From assembly GCA_934747765.1 (NCBI GenBank), contig CAKVGZ010000003.1:64225-128224 (forward strand): DNA of 64,000 nt. The letters are read 5' to 3'. Below, piece by piece: positions 52,079-61,964 of this stretch. How positions within the stretch are numbered: position 1 is the first letter of the stretch; each line of letters begins with the position of its first letter. The translations under genes and the position numbers were made by a program. Source of the stretch: an uncultured Clostridia bacterium. GTDB lineage: Bacteria; Bacillota; Clostridia; Christensenellales; UBA1242. The notes under the pieces were generated by a model that made no database searches, had not been told where the DNA came from, and saw only the letters and a list, made by a program, of their open reading frames with translations.

Positions 52079-54829
52079 ATGGAAATTTTCGAAGACGACA
52101 ACAAAATCCCCGGTCAAATGTGCTATGACGAACTTGAACCCATAACAGAAGAGGAAAAGCCACAACAAAATGAGATAATCGACGGGCAGATTGGTTTAGA
52201 GGAAATAAATTTGAAAAACGGAAATAATATCGAAAGAGGAAACGAAATGATTAATGAAGAAGACAAAAACAACGAAATTTTGGACGAAATAAACGGCGAA
52301 AACGTTATGAATGAAGAAAATGACACAAAAAGTGTTTTGGACGAAATAAACACCGACAAAGAAACAAGTGTTCCAAAAAACAATGTTCGAAAAGAACGCG
52401 CCAAGCAAATAAAACTTGACCTTTCAGAAGCAGACGGAAGCGGAATTATTCTCACAACATTGGAAGCAGTTTTGCATAATTCCATGATTCCATACACAGA
52501 ACACGTTGTTTTGGACCGTGCTCTTCCACGTGTTGAGGATGGACTCAAACCTGTTCAAAGAAGAATTTTGTACACCATGCTTGAACTTGGCCTTCAGCCA
52601 GACAAACAGTTCAGAAAATCTGCCAGAATTGTTGGTGACTGCATGGGTAAATATCACCCTCACGGCGACAGTTCTGTTTATGACGCAATGGTTAGAATGG
52701 CTCAACCATATCTTCTTCGTGAACCTTTGGTTCATGGCCATGGAAACTTTGGGTCAATTGATGGTGACAGTGCAGCAGCAATGAGATACACCGAAGCAAA
52801 ATTAACACCTCTTGCCATGGAACTCTTGAGAGATTTGGACAAAAACACCATTCGCTGGATGCTGAACTTTGATGATACTTTGAAAGAGCCAACAATGCTT
52901 CCAGGCAGATTTCCAAATTTGCTTGTTAATGGAGCATACGGAATTGCAGTTGGACTCGCAACAAACATTCCACCTCACAATCTTGCAGAAGTTATTGAAG
53001 GTGTTGTTGCATATATTGATAATCCAAAGATTTCACTTGATGAAATGATGAAAATAATAAAAGGTCCAGATTTTCCTACTGGAGGAATCATCATTGCTGG
53101 CGACGAACTTAAAGAAGCTTACAGAACTGGAAAAGGCAAAATTTTGATTCGCGCAAAAACTCATATCGAAGAAAAAGGCGACAAAAAATCAATTGTCATA
53201 ACAGAAGTTCCTTATCAAACAAACAAGGCAACAATTTTGCAAAAAATTGCAGAACTTCGCGAAGAAAACAAAAATATCCTTTCAGGAATAATTGAAATTC
53301 GAGATGAGTCCGATAGAACTGGAATGAGAGCAGTTATTCGACTCAAAAAAGAAGCAAACGAAAACTTTATTTTGGAACATTTGTTCAAACAAACTCAACT
53401 TCAAGTCACTTTTGGAATTAATATGGTTGCAATTGCTGGCGGAAAACCAAAGCAAATGGGACTGATGGAAATCATTTCATACTATGTTGAATATCAACGA
53501 GAAATCATTTTCCGCAGAACAAAATTTGAACTTGACCAAGCAAAAGACCGCGCGCACATTTTGGAAGGTCTTTTGATTGCCATAAAAAATATTGATGAAG
53601 TCATCAAAATAATAAAAACTTCTGCATCTGTTAGCGAAGCAAAACTTCGTCTTCGTTCAAAATTTGTTTTAAGCGAAAAGCAAGCGCAAGCAATTTTGGA
53701 TATGCGTCTTGCTCGTCTTGTTAACCTTGAAGTTAACAAACTTAAAGAAGAACTTGAACAGCTTAAAATCAGAATTGCCGAGTTAACAAAAATTTATGAA
53801 AGCAAACGCCTTCAACTTGCTGTTGTGAAATCGGAGCTTGGAGAAATTAAACGCAAATTCAAAAACCCAAGAAAAAGCACTTTTGACAAAAAATTGCAAG
53901 TAGAAGATGTCAAAACAAAAGTCAAAGCTGAACCTATTATCGTGGAAAGTGAAGTTGTGCTTGGAATAACTGCAAGTGGAAATGTGAAATCGATTCCTCT
54001 GAAAAATTATAGCCTTGCTCAAAAAGAAATTTCCGACACAACAACAATTGAACATATACACACTCAACTTTTGAAAGTTAAAAACACGCAAAAGATTTTG
54101 ATTTTCACAAACAAAGGAAATTGTTACAAAACTGTTGCAGGAAATCTTCCAGAAATAAAATGGAAAGAAAAAGGTTGTGTTTTGAAAAATGTTGACAAAA
54201 AGATTGGAAGTGATGAGAAAGCGATAAAAATCTTTGTTCTTCCAGAAAAACTAGACGGCAAAGAACTTGTTTTCTTCACCACAGACGGCATGGTTAAACG
54301 CTCGAAATTTGAAGAATATGACATTGCAAAAGCATATTTCCAAGCAATCAAATTGAAAGATGGCGAAGAGGTTGTGGATGTTCAAGAACATCAAGACAAA
54401 GGCTCGCTTCTGTTTGTTTCGCAAATGTCCATGGTTCTTAACTTTGAAAAATCCGACATCCCTGTACAGGGCAGAGTTTCGGGAGGGGTTAGAGGAATGA
54501 ACCTTGACCAAGGCGACAAAATCATCTATGCAACTCAGGTTGACAAAGCAGGCTTTTTGACAATCCTCACAGATAAAGGTGATGGAAAACGAGTTTCTGT
54601 TGCTGAGTTTGGACTTTCCGCACGATACAGAAAGGGTTTAAGAAGCATTTCACTTGGCGGAAAAGGAAAGCTGATTTATGCAGAATATGACTACGAAAAA
54701 CCTTCTGTTGCAGTTTGTGCAAACGAAAAATTCAAACAAATTTCTGATGCACCAGTTTTAAGCAGAATCAGTGAAGGGAAACGCATTGTTGCTGGAAAAA
54801 TTTCTGGTGCCTATAAATATTCAATTTAA
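52079..54829 (+). CDS. type IIA topoisomerase subunit A (GyrA/ParC family) with an ~110-aa acidic repetitive N-terminal extension
   Basis: [38 protein letters not shown], a catalytic Tyr region and a beta-pinwheel C-terminal domain. No subunit B gene is adjacent. Confidence 0.85.
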   Translation: MEIFEDDNKIPGQMCYDELEPITEEEKPQQNEIIDGQIGLEEINLKNGNNIERGNEMINEEDKNNEILDEINGENVMNEENDTKSVLDEINTDKETSVPKNNVRKERAKQIKLDLSEADGSGIILTTLEAVLHNSMIPYTEHVVLDRALPRVEDGLKPVQRRILYTMLELGLQPDKQFRKSARIVGDCMGKYHPHGDSSVYDAMVRMAQPYLLREPLVHGHGNFGSIDGDSAAAMRYTEAKLTPLAMELLRDLDKNTIRWMLNFDDTLKEPTMLPGRFPNLLVNGAYGIAVGLATNIPPHNLAEVIEGVVAYIDNPKISLDEMMKIIKGPDFPTGGIIIAGDELKEAYRTGKGKILIRAKTHIEEKGDKKSIVITEVPYQTNKATILQKIAELREENKNILSGIIEIRDESDRTGMRAVIRLKKEANENFILEHLFKQTQLQVTFGINMVAIAGGKPKQMGLMEIISYYVEYQREIIFRRTKFELDQAKDRAHILEGLLIAIKNIDEVIKIIKTSASVSEAKLRLRSKFVLSEKQAQAILDMRLARLVNLEVNKLKEELEQLKIRIAELTKIYESKRLQLAVVKSELGEIKRKFKNPRKSTFDKKLQVEDVKTKVKAEPIIVESEVVLGITASGNVKSIPLKNYSLAQKEISDTTTIEHIHTQLLKVKNTQKILIFTNKGNCYKTVAGNLPEIKWKEKGCVLKNVDKKIGSDEKAIKIFVLPEKLDGKELVFFTTDGMVKRSKFEEYDIAKAYFQAIKLKDGEEVVDVQEHQDKGSLLFVSQMSMVLNFEKSDIPVQGRVSGGVRGMNLDQGDKIIYATQVDKAGFLTILTDKGDGKRVSVAEFGLSARYRKGLRSISLGGKGKLIYAEYDYEKPSVAVCANEKFKQISDAPVLSRISEGKRIVAGKISGAYKYSI

Positions 54830-54840
54830 CAGGAGATAAA

Positions 54841-55380
54841 ATGAACATAAGTTCAGATTCAACGGTCAATAAATTAATTTTGCTTTTTGTGCTTGAAAAA
54901 ATTGAGATTCCTCTTGCGGAAAACTCAATTTTAGATATGTGCTCAAGTCGAAATAATTGGATAAATTACATGGAATGTAAAGAGATTTTGTATTCTCTTT
55001 TGGAAGTGGGATTTATCTATAACATAGACCAAAACGGGGAAGAACCAAGATATAACATAACTTATGAAGGAAGAAATTGCCTTTCACATTTCTACAGACG
55101 CATTCCACTTGCCTTGCGTGAAGAAATAACTGAGTTCACAAAGCAAAATCGTCTTTTGTTCAAACGTTCTCAAGAGTATCTTGCCGACTATGAAAAACTT
55201 GAAGATGGTTCGTATAACTTGAAATTGAGAATTCGTTCGCCTTTCGACAGCGAGCCAATGTTTAATATTGAGTTCAGAGCTCCTTCACGTTCAAGTGCAA
55301 TAAATGCAGTGCATTTGTGGCGCGAAAAGGCGCCGATGATTTATGAATCAGTTTATGAAGCATTGATTGAAGAAGAGTAA
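54841..55380 (+). CDS. hypothetical protein
   Basis: 179 aa, coupled 11 nt after the topoisomerase gene, with GGAG RBS. Confidence 0.35.
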   Translation: MNISSDSTVNKLILLFVLEKIEIPLAENSILDMCSSRNNWINYMECKEILYSLLEVGFIYNIDQNGEEPRYNITYEGRNCLSHFYRRIPLALREEITEFTKQNRLLFKRSQEYLADYEKLEDGSYNLKLRIRSPFDSEPMFNIEFRAPSRSSAINAVHLWREKAPMIYESVYEALIEEE

Positions 55381-55385
55381 AATAA

Positions 55386-55413
55386 AACAAGTGAAAAAAC
55401 ACTTGTTTTTTTT
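55386..55413 (+). terminator. rho-independent terminator
   Basis: Hairpin ACAAGTG-aaaaaa-CACTTGT followed by TTTTTTT. Confidence 0.6.
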
Positions 55414-55450
55414 GTTTGTGTTTGATATAATACAAAACGTAGAAAGAAAT

Positions 55451-55525
55451 GCCCTCATGGTCAAGCGGTTAAGACGTCGCCCTCTCACGGCGGAATCTGG
55501 GGTTCGATTCCCCATGAGGGTACCA
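55451..55525 (+). tRNA. tRNA-Glu (anticodon CUC) with encoded CCA
   Basis: Full cloverleaf: acceptor GCCCTCA/TGAGGGT, 3-bp D-stem with GG loop, anticodon stem TCGCC/GGCGG, loop CTCTCAC, T-arm TGGGG-TTCGATT-CCCCA. Near-identical backbone to Bacillus tRNA-Glu. An extended -10 (TGATATAAT) lies upstream. Confidence 0.85.
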
Positions 55526-55985
55526 TAGTAGAAAACGAAAGAAAGTGTAATACTTTCTTTTTTTTGATTGATATGCAAAAAGGGGAATCGAACTAAGCGT
55601 TAAGAAAAACAATCCGGGGGATTGTTTTTTAGCGCCGGCGTGAAAGCGAGCCCAGCAAGAGGCGAAGACAGGCGAAGCGGAGCGATTCCCCATGAGGGTA
55701 CCATAGTAGAAAACGAAAGAAAGTGTAATACTTTCTTTTTTTTGATTGATATGCAAAAAGGGGAATCGAACTAAGCGTTAAGAAAAACAATCCGGGGGAT
55801 TGTTTTTTAGCGCCGGCGTGAAAGCGAGCCCAGCAAGAGGCGAAGACAGGCGAAGCGGAGCGATTCCCCATGAGGGTACCATAGTAGAAAACGAAAGAAA
55901 GTGTAATACTTTCTTTTTTTGATTGATAAGCAAAGAGGGGAATCGAACTAAGCGTTAAGAAAAACAATCCGGGGGATTGTTATAA
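55505..55985 (+). repeat. three tandem ~178-bp units (starts at 55505, 55683 and 55862; the third is truncated and carries 2 substitutions). Each begins with the 3'-terminal 21 nt of tRNA-Glu.
   Basis: Direct comparison of the three units. Each holds two terminator-like hairpins, an inverted GGGGAATCGAAC T-arm fragment and a GC-rich ~50-nt block. Confidence 0.9.
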
Positions 55986-56013
55986 TATTTTTTCTTTTGA
56001 GAAAAATAAGTTT

Positions 56014-56382
56014 ATGTTAGATAAACGTTGCGAAGAACTTTTGCGAATTGTCAATAAAGAATGCCAAGAAGGGTCATACAAAGTTTTGGAAGTTGATGAC
56101 TTAATTCGTTTAATGCCAAAAAAATTTAAAGTTGATTATGAAACAATAAATCAACTTATGGGATATTTAAAAGCGGGGGAATATGTTTCCGTCAAGTACA
56201 GCGACAAGGAAGTTTTTTGCGTTTCTCCACTCCCACGAGGCAGGCGAATATTTGAAGTTGAAATTGAAGAAAAAAGAAATAAGAAAAAAAGCAAGTTCAA
56301 AAGTTTCTTGCTTTTAACGTTTTATTTGTTACTGATTTTTGGAGTGTCGCTGGGTGCATCATACATTTCGAGAATTATTTAA
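56014..56382 (+). CDS. hypothetical protein with a C-terminal TM helix
   Basis: 122 aa. Extended -10 (TGTTATAAT) at about 55978. Confidence 0.3.
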   Translation: MLDKRCEELLRIVNKECQEGSYKVLEVDDLIRLMPKKFKVDYETINQLMGYLKAGEYVSVKYSDKEVFCVSPLPRGRRIFEVEIEEKRNKKKSKFKSFLLLTFYLLLIFGVSLGASYISRII

Positions 56383-56908
56383 CGTCAACTTGACCTTTAT
56401 CTTTTGATGCTTCCATAAATAAATTATATTTTATAATCATCATTTCCAAATTATATTTCTTTTGGAATGGACGATCAACATTTAATTCATATTTTTCTAT
56501 AAATGACCAAAATTTTTTCGCGGAAGAAGAAATTTTTGAAAGAGAAAGATTGTCACATTTGTGATACTTGCTGTTTTCTTTTTCAAATTTTCTTTTATTT
56601 TCAAAATTTGTTCTAAGAAGTTTGAGCCAATTGCTTTTGATGTTTTTTACGAGGTCTTCTTTCGATTGTTCTGAATCATAATTTTCAATAATTTGATTTA
56701 ATTGTGCTTTTTTGTTAGGGTCACAGTACACATTTCCTGTGTATTTTTCAAGGTGAGATTCTTCTTGCATGTCTGAAGAATTGTCTATTTTGTCATCTTC
56801 ATTGTTTTGAGCAATGTTGTTTTCTGGATGAGAAATAGATTCGTGGAAAGTTTGTATAACAAACACATCCTCTTTTGTTAGATATTCATATTTACTATCA
56901 TTAATCAT
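56375..56908 (-). CDS. hypothetical acidic protein
   Basis: 177 aa. Confidence 0.3.
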   Translation of the reverse strand: MINDSKYEYLTKEDVFVIQTFHESISHPENNIAQNNEDDKIDNSSDMQEESHLEKYTGNVYCDPNKKAQLNQIIENYDSEQSKEDLVKNIKSNWLKLLRTNFENKRKFEKENSKYHKCDNLSLSKISSSAKKFWSFIEKYELNVDRPFQKKYNLEMMIIKYNLFMEASKDKGQVDVK

Positions 56909-56942
56909 TAGTTTTTTCCTTAAATTGATTTACGGCAAATGC

Positions 56943-57214
56943 CGTTGTTGCACAAATTGCTTTGTTGAATAATTCTAACGAGCCAATATGAATTTTTGCT
57001 CCACCAAAGTTTCCTTAAATCACTTGTTTAGGTCTGCTTAATGATGCTTCCGTCAGGACCTGACATGGTTCACAGTTAAACAATGCTTAAGACCTTGATT
57101 TCAACACAAAAATCATATCTCATACCGAGAAAATTATTCACCGCAACCAATCGTTCAGTCTTGCTGTAGCGGATTGCAAGTTCAGGGCACCGCTGGCTCC
57201 CCACCTAGTGCAAC
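56943..57214 (-). ncRNA. ffs: signal recognition particle RNA (long Bacillus-type scRNA/4.5S with Alu domain)
   Basis: The minus-strand sequence GCACUAGGUGGGGAGCCAGCGGUGCCCUGAACUUGCAAUCCGCUACAGCAA matches the B. subtilis scRNA 5' Alu region. Domain IV is GUCAGGUCCUGACGGAAGCA. The 3' end UUGUGCAAC pairs with the 5' end. Promoter TTGATT-N16/17-TATAAT lies upstream on the minus strand. Confidence 0.8.
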
Positions 57215-57276
57215 AAAAACATTATACCATAAAACAGCAAAAAATCAACTATATTTTTCAAAAGATATTTCGTCGA

Positions 57277-57300
57277 GTTTTGTCGGCAATAATAAAAACC
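57277..57300 (-). terminator. intrinsic terminator of the 57315-58139 gene
   Basis: On the minus strand, AAACCCAC...GTGGGTTT followed by a U-rich tract. Confidence 0.45.
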
Positions 57301-57314
57301 CACGTGGGTGGGTT

Positions 57315-58139
57315 TTAGTCTATATTTTCTTCAGAGATTTCCAAAACTTCAGATTCTTCTTCTTTTTGTTTTAAGGAAGATTTTAAACTTTGTTCTTTGA
57401 TTGGAAGAGTAACTGAAAAATTGTTTGCTTGATTTTGGGAATAGATAATTTTGCTGTCGCCGTTTTTGCTTTCAACTTTTCCTTCAATTTGTGCATCAAT
57501 TTTGGAGTTGCCCATAAGCAGGTCAATGTTTCCGTTGTTTTGGCTACAAATTTTTGTTTGGTCGCATACTTTTCCAATTGTTCCATTGTTGATTGTGCCA
57601 ACAACAGATTTGTTCAGCAAATGTTCAATTGTGCCATTCATTATTGTTGTTATTTTTGCATTGTCTTCAAGAGCGAATATTTCGCCATCAATAAGTGTGC
57701 CAATTTTTGCGTTGTTTCTGATGTACAAAATTTTTCCACTGTTAAAAGTTGTCACTTTCGATTTGTCGTCCATGAACTTAATGCTTCCAGAATTGAAGGT
57801 TCCAATTTTGGATTTGTTCTTTAAATAATCAATTTCAGCATTATTAACTGTTGTTAGTTTTGCTTTGCCTTCAACATTTGTTATCGTTCCAGTTTTAAGC
57901 ATTCCAACTGTTGCTTTTCCTTTCAAAAGTTTGATTGAGCCACTGTTAAAAACATGAACAACGGCTTTGCCCGAAATTTCGTCGAAGTTTGAATTTGTTG
58001 TTTCAAGAACAACAACTTTTCCAGTTGCCACAACATTGTTGCAGTTGTCCAAAAAATGTTTGCCTTCTTTTAAAACCAGGTCGTTTTCACCTTTATGGAA
58101 CACTGGTTCTTCATCTTTTTTCTTAATAAAAAGTGCCAT
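57315..58139 (-). CDS. beta-solenoid repeat protein (bactofilin/DUF4097-like, ~17-18-aa repeats); hypothetical
   Basis: At least 10 tandem repeats of the form NG.I..L...SKIGT. Confidence 0.4.
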   Translation of the reverse strand: MALFIKKKDEEPVFHKGENDLVLKEGKHFLDNCNNVVATGKVVVLETTNSNFDEISGKAVVHVFNSGSIKLLKGKATVGMLKTGTITNVEGKAKLTTVNNAEIDYLKNKSKIGTFNSGSIKFMDDKSKVTTFNSGKILYIRNNAKIGTLIDGEIFALEDNAKITTIMNGTIEHLLNKSVVGTINNGTIGKVCDQTKICSQNNGNIDLLMGNSKIDAQIEGKVESKNGDSKIIYSQNQANNFSVTLPIKEQSLKSSLKQKEEESEVLEISEENID

Positions 58140-58431
58140 ATTTTTTCTCCTTTGTTAATTATATTACCATAAATGAAAAAATAAACAAAAAATTTATCAA
58201 ACATTTATCAAATTGTTTTATGAAAAATTTAATTTATGTAGAAAATTTTGTGAAAGAAAAACGCACTTTTTGTACCTTTTTGTTGGAAAAATTTTAATGT
58301 TTTTTCCTTTCGATATATTCATTTATTAACCCTTATTTTTCGACTTTTTAAACTCTTTTTCTCTTACTTTTTGACCTTTAATTTCCTATATACTGACCCC
58401 GCAAATACAAATGAATTTGAGGAGGAAAATT

Positions 58432-58794
58432 ATGGAAAAAAATTACAATTGTGATGCACTAAAAAGACTTGCAAGGCAAGCGAAAAACAGGTTGAGTAAC
58501 CACAAATATTTAAACGGGAAAGGTGAATACAACGTGAAAAACGGAGAATACTTGGCTGAGTACAAACTCATGCTTCTTAGTTCAAAAGAAGACGAAAAAC
58601 TTTACTCAAAAGTGTGCCAAATTTTGAGTGAGAACAGAGATGTCATAAATCCACTTGGAAAGCTTGTTGACAAAACCAAATTCAGCACTTTGTCCGACAA
58701 AGACAAAGAAAGATACATATTTAATTTGGCAGACAAATATAGGCAAATGAAACAACGTTTCGAAAAAGAAAATGAATTTTCAGAGGTTGTTTAG
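58432..58794 (+). CDS. hypothetical protein
   Basis: GAGGAGG RBS 7 nt before the ATG at 58432. The track ORF from 58411 includes the RBS. Confidence 0.35.
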   Translation: MEKNYNCDALKRLARQAKNRLSNHKYLNGKGEYNVKNGEYLAEYKLMLLSSKEDEKLYSKVCQILSENRDVINPLGKLVDKTKFSTLSDKDKERYIFNLADKYRQMKQRFEKENEFSEVV

Positions 58795-58829
58795 TTTGAT
58801 TTTTGTTATATCTGTGATATATTATTTTC

Positions 58830-61043
58830 GTGGATATTTTAGAAGACCTTAACAGTGAGCAACAAAAAGCGCTCCTTCAAACCGAAGGGGCTGTTTTGGT
58901 TGTTGCCGGCGCAGGAAGTGGCAAAACGCGCCTTTTGACTCATAGAATTGCATATTTGATAAAAGAAAAGCACGTTTCGCCATATAACATTTTGGCAATT
59001 ACTTTCACCAATAAAGCGTCCAGAGAAATGAAACAACGTTGCGACCAAATCATCGGAGAAGAAGGAAATGTTTGGATTTCAACATTCCATTCAATGTGCG
59101 CCAGAATCTTAAGAATGGACATTGAAGAATTGGGAGATTACACAAAAAATTTCACCATTTATTCCGACCAAGATAGTGACAAAGTTTTTAAGAATATTTT
59201 TTCAACATTGAAAATTGACAAAGATGAAACAAAAAAAAGTGTGATGTTTCACATTTCAAATTTGAAAAATAATAATATGACAATTCAAGAATATGAGAAT
59301 TTATATTCTTATGTTTCAAATTTTGATAATATCAAAAAAGCATATTTCATGTATGAAAGTGAACTGAAAAAAGCAAATGCGCTGGACTTTAATGACCTTT
59401 TGAACAAAACATATGAACTTTTGAAAAAATGTCCAAACGTTCTTGAAAAATATCAAGAAAGATTTAAATATATTTTGGTCGATGAATTTCAGGACACAAA
59501 CAAAATTCAATATGACCTTGTCAAACTTTTGGCTGGGAAATATAAAAATATATTTGTTGTTGGCGATGAAGACCAATGCATTTACACTTGGCGTGGAGCA
59601 AATTACACAAATATATTTGATTTTCAAAAAGATTTCGAAAATGTGAAAGTTTTCAAACTTGAACAAAACTATCGTTCAACAAAAAATATACTAAATCTTG
59701 CAAATGCTTTGATAAAGAAAAACAAATCTAGAATTGACAAAAATCTTTGGACAGAAAGAACTGAAGGCAAAAAACCCGAAGTCCGTCTTGTTTATGATGA
59801 ACGAGAAGAGGCAGAAATTGTTGCAAGAGAAATTGTTGATTTGGTGCAAAACGAAGGATATTCCTACAGTGATTTTGCCGTGCTTGTGAGATTGAATGCT
59901 TTGACATTTCCGTTTGAAGAAAAGTTTTTGACATATAACATTTCTCACAGAATTTTTGGTGGATTTAAGTTTTATGAAAGAGCAGAAATCAAAAATTTAA
60001 TTTCTTATCTTCGCTTGTTTTTAAATCCACGCGATGATATATCGTTTTTGCGAATTATAAATTTCCCAAAACGAGGAATTGGTGAAAGTGCAATAAAAAC
60101 CTTAACAACAGTTGCAAACGAAAATGAAACGAGTTTGATGATTGTTGTTTTGCAAAGTGAAAAATTTGACCTTGGAGGCCTTGCAAAAAAAATTGAAAAT
60201 TTCAAAAAAACTTATGTGTCACTTTTGGCAAGCTATGAGGATTTGACTTTGTCGAATTTTGTTGAAAATGTCATAAAACAGTTTGATATCAAGAGTGCAT
60301 ATTCAAGCGGGAGTGAGGAAGACCTTGAACGTCAACTTAACATAAACACTTTTGTTTCGGCTGTGCAAGAATTTGAAAAAAACAATCCAAGCGGAACACT
60401 TTTGGATTTCTTGGAAAGCGTCACTCTTGTTTCGGACATTGACACCATGGACGATTCAAACAACGCGGTCACAATTGCCACAATCCATTCGGTCAAAGGT
60501 CTTGAATTTAGATATGTGTTCATTGTTGGATTGGAAGAGAAAATTTTTCCAATTTCAAGAGCCTATGGCAAAGATGAAGACATGGAAGAAGAAAGACGTC
60601 TGATGTATGTTGCCATAACGCGCGCGAAAGAAAACTTGATGCTAACTCGCTGTCGAACACGTTTTTTGTATGGTCGCCGAGAATTTGAAATTGATTCCAG
60701 ATTCTTAAAAGAACTTGGACTTTCAGGTCAAGAAAAAATGAGCCCACAACTTAGCGTTGACAAGTTGCCAAAAGTTTATTTCAGTGAGGCAATTAATGTT
60801 GCCGAAAAACCTGAAACAAAATATTCTTACAATCCTTTTGCGCAAAAAACAAAATACGAAGAATATATTGAAAAATCTGAAAAGAAAGAAAAGAATTATG
60901 TTGCAGGGCAAACTGTTTCTCATCCAAAATTTGGAACAGGAAAAGTTTTGAAATGCGATGACATGTTTGTTGACATAGAATTTGAGAAACTTGGAATTAA
61001 GACGCTTGTTAAGGAAATTGCGCCTTTGGAAATAGTTGAATAG
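58830..61043 (+). CDS. pcrA: ATP-dependent DNA helicase PcrA (UvrD family)
   Basis: GTG start. Walker A (AGAGSGKTRLLTHRIAYLI), UvrD motifs throughout and C-terminal VAITRAKE. Confidence 0.9.
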   Translation: MDILEDLNSEQQKALLQTEGAVLVVAGAGSGKTRLLTHRIAYLIKEKHVSPYNILAITFTNKASREMKQRCDQIIGEEGNVWISTFHSMCARILRMDIEELGDYTKNFTIYSDQDSDKVFKNIFSTLKIDKDETKKSVMFHISNLKNNNMTIQEYENLYSYVSNFDNIKKAYFMYESELKKANALDFNDLLNKTYELLKKCPNVLEKYQERFKYILVDEFQDTNKIQYDLVKLLAGKYKNIFVVGDEDQCIYTWRGANYTNIFDFQKDFENVKVFKLEQNYRSTKNILNLANALIKKNKSRIDKNLWTERTEGKKPEVRLVYDEREEAEIVAREIVDLVQNEGYSYSDFAVLVRLNALTFPFEEKFLTYNISHRIFGGFKFYERAEIKNLISYLRLFLNPRDDISFLRIINFPKRGIGESAIKTLTTVANENETSLMIVVLQSEKFDLGGLAKKIENFKKTYVSLLASYEDLTLSNFVENVIKQFDIKSAYSSGSEEDLERQLNINTFVSAVQEFEKNNPSGTLLDFLESVTLVSDIDTMDDSNNAVTIATIHSVKGLEFRYVFIVGLEEKIFPISRAYGKDEDMEEERRLMYVAITRAKENLMLTRCRTRFLYGRREFEIDSRFLKELGLSGQEKMSPQLSVDKLPKVYFSEAINVAEKPETKYSYNPFAQKTKYEEYIEKSEKKEKNYVAGQTVSHPKFGTGKVLKCDDMFVDIEFEKLGIKTLVKEIAPLEIVE

Positions 61044-61052
61044 GAGGAGAAT

Positions 61053-61964
61053 ATGGGACTTTTCAAAAAGATTGCAACTGCGCTGAAAAAAACACGCGAG
61101 GCAATTTCGCGAAAATTTGACGCACTTTTGAGCGGAGGAGAACTTACTGATGAATTTTATGAAGAACTTGAAGACATTCTGATTTCTTCAGACATTGGCG
61201 CTCGTGCAAGCATGGAAATTGTGGATGAACTTAGAATTTATTCCCGTAAAAACAAAATAAGAAATGGTGAAGATGTTAAGAAAGCATTGAAGGAAATTCT
61301 TGCAAACATTTTTGAAGAGATAAAGCCTGAAAAAACTGAAGAAGGTTTTTTCAAATCTCCAGCTGTGATTTCTGTTATTGGCGTTAACGGGGTGGGGAAA
61401 ACAACATCTCTTGGAAAACTTGCTGGGAAACTGAAAGAACAAGGAAAAGAGGTTTGCCTTGTTGCGGGTGACACTTTTCGTGCGGCCGCTTCCGACCAAC
61501 TGACTGAATGGGCAAATCGCGTCAAAGTGAGAATCATAAAGCATGCAGAGGGTGCAGATGCAGGTGCAGTTGTGTTTGATGGAATTTCAAGTGCAAAGGC
61601 AAAACACACTGATGCGCTTTTGATTGACACAGCAGGCCGTTTGCACACAAAAGGCAATTTGATGAACGAACTTGCGAAAATTGACCGTATAATAAAAAAA
61701 GAATACCCTGAAGCCAATCGATACAACTTGATTGTGATCGATGCAACAACAGGGCAAAATGCGATTAATCAGATAGAAAGTTTTAATGAGTTTGTCAAAC
61801 TCGACGGCATTATTTTAACAAAACTCGATGGAACGGCAAAGGGTGGAATTGTGATTTCAATTGCCAAAACCTTAAAAATTCCAGTTTATTATGTTGGAGT
61901 TGGCGAAGGAGTTGGCGACATTGAAGAATTTGACCCAGCTGAGTTCGTTCAAAACTTGTTCTAA
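61053..61964 (+). CDS. ftsY: signal recognition particle receptor FtsY
   Basis: NG domain (GVNGVGKTTSLGKLA, DTAGR, TKLDGTAKGG). Confidence 0.9.
   Translation: MGLFKKIATALKKTREAISRKFDALLSGGELTDEFYEELEDILISSDIGARASMEIVDELRIYSRKNKIRNGEDVKKALKEILANIFEEIKPEKTEEGFFKSPAVISVIGVNGVGKTTSLGKLAGKLKEQGKEVCLVAGDTFRAAASDQLTEWANRVKVRIIKHAEGADAGAVVFDGISSAKAKHTDALLIDTAGRLHTKGNLMNELAKIDRIIKKEYPEANRYNLIVIDATTGQNAINQIESFNEFVKLDGIILTKLDGTAKGGIVISIAKTLKIPVYYVGVGEGVGDIEEFDPAEFVQNLF

Noticed and set aside
55348-55967. Three overlapping minus-strand ORFs (76, 95 and 112 aa) with near-identical N-termini (MHINQKKESITLSFVFYYGTLMGNR...)
   Set aside because: They are frame artefacts of the tandem repeat read antisense through the tRNA. 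They have no RBS and overlap a tRNA gene.
55505-55985. Whether the tRNA-linked tandem repeat is a CRISPR array
   Set aside because: The units are ~178 bp and essentially identical. There are no short repeats alternating with unique spacers. It is a tandem macro-repeat, not a CRISPR.
57174-57374. 66-aa plus-strand ORF overlapping the SRP RNA locus
   Set aside because: It lies antisense to and inside the SRP RNA gene and its promoter, and has no RBS.
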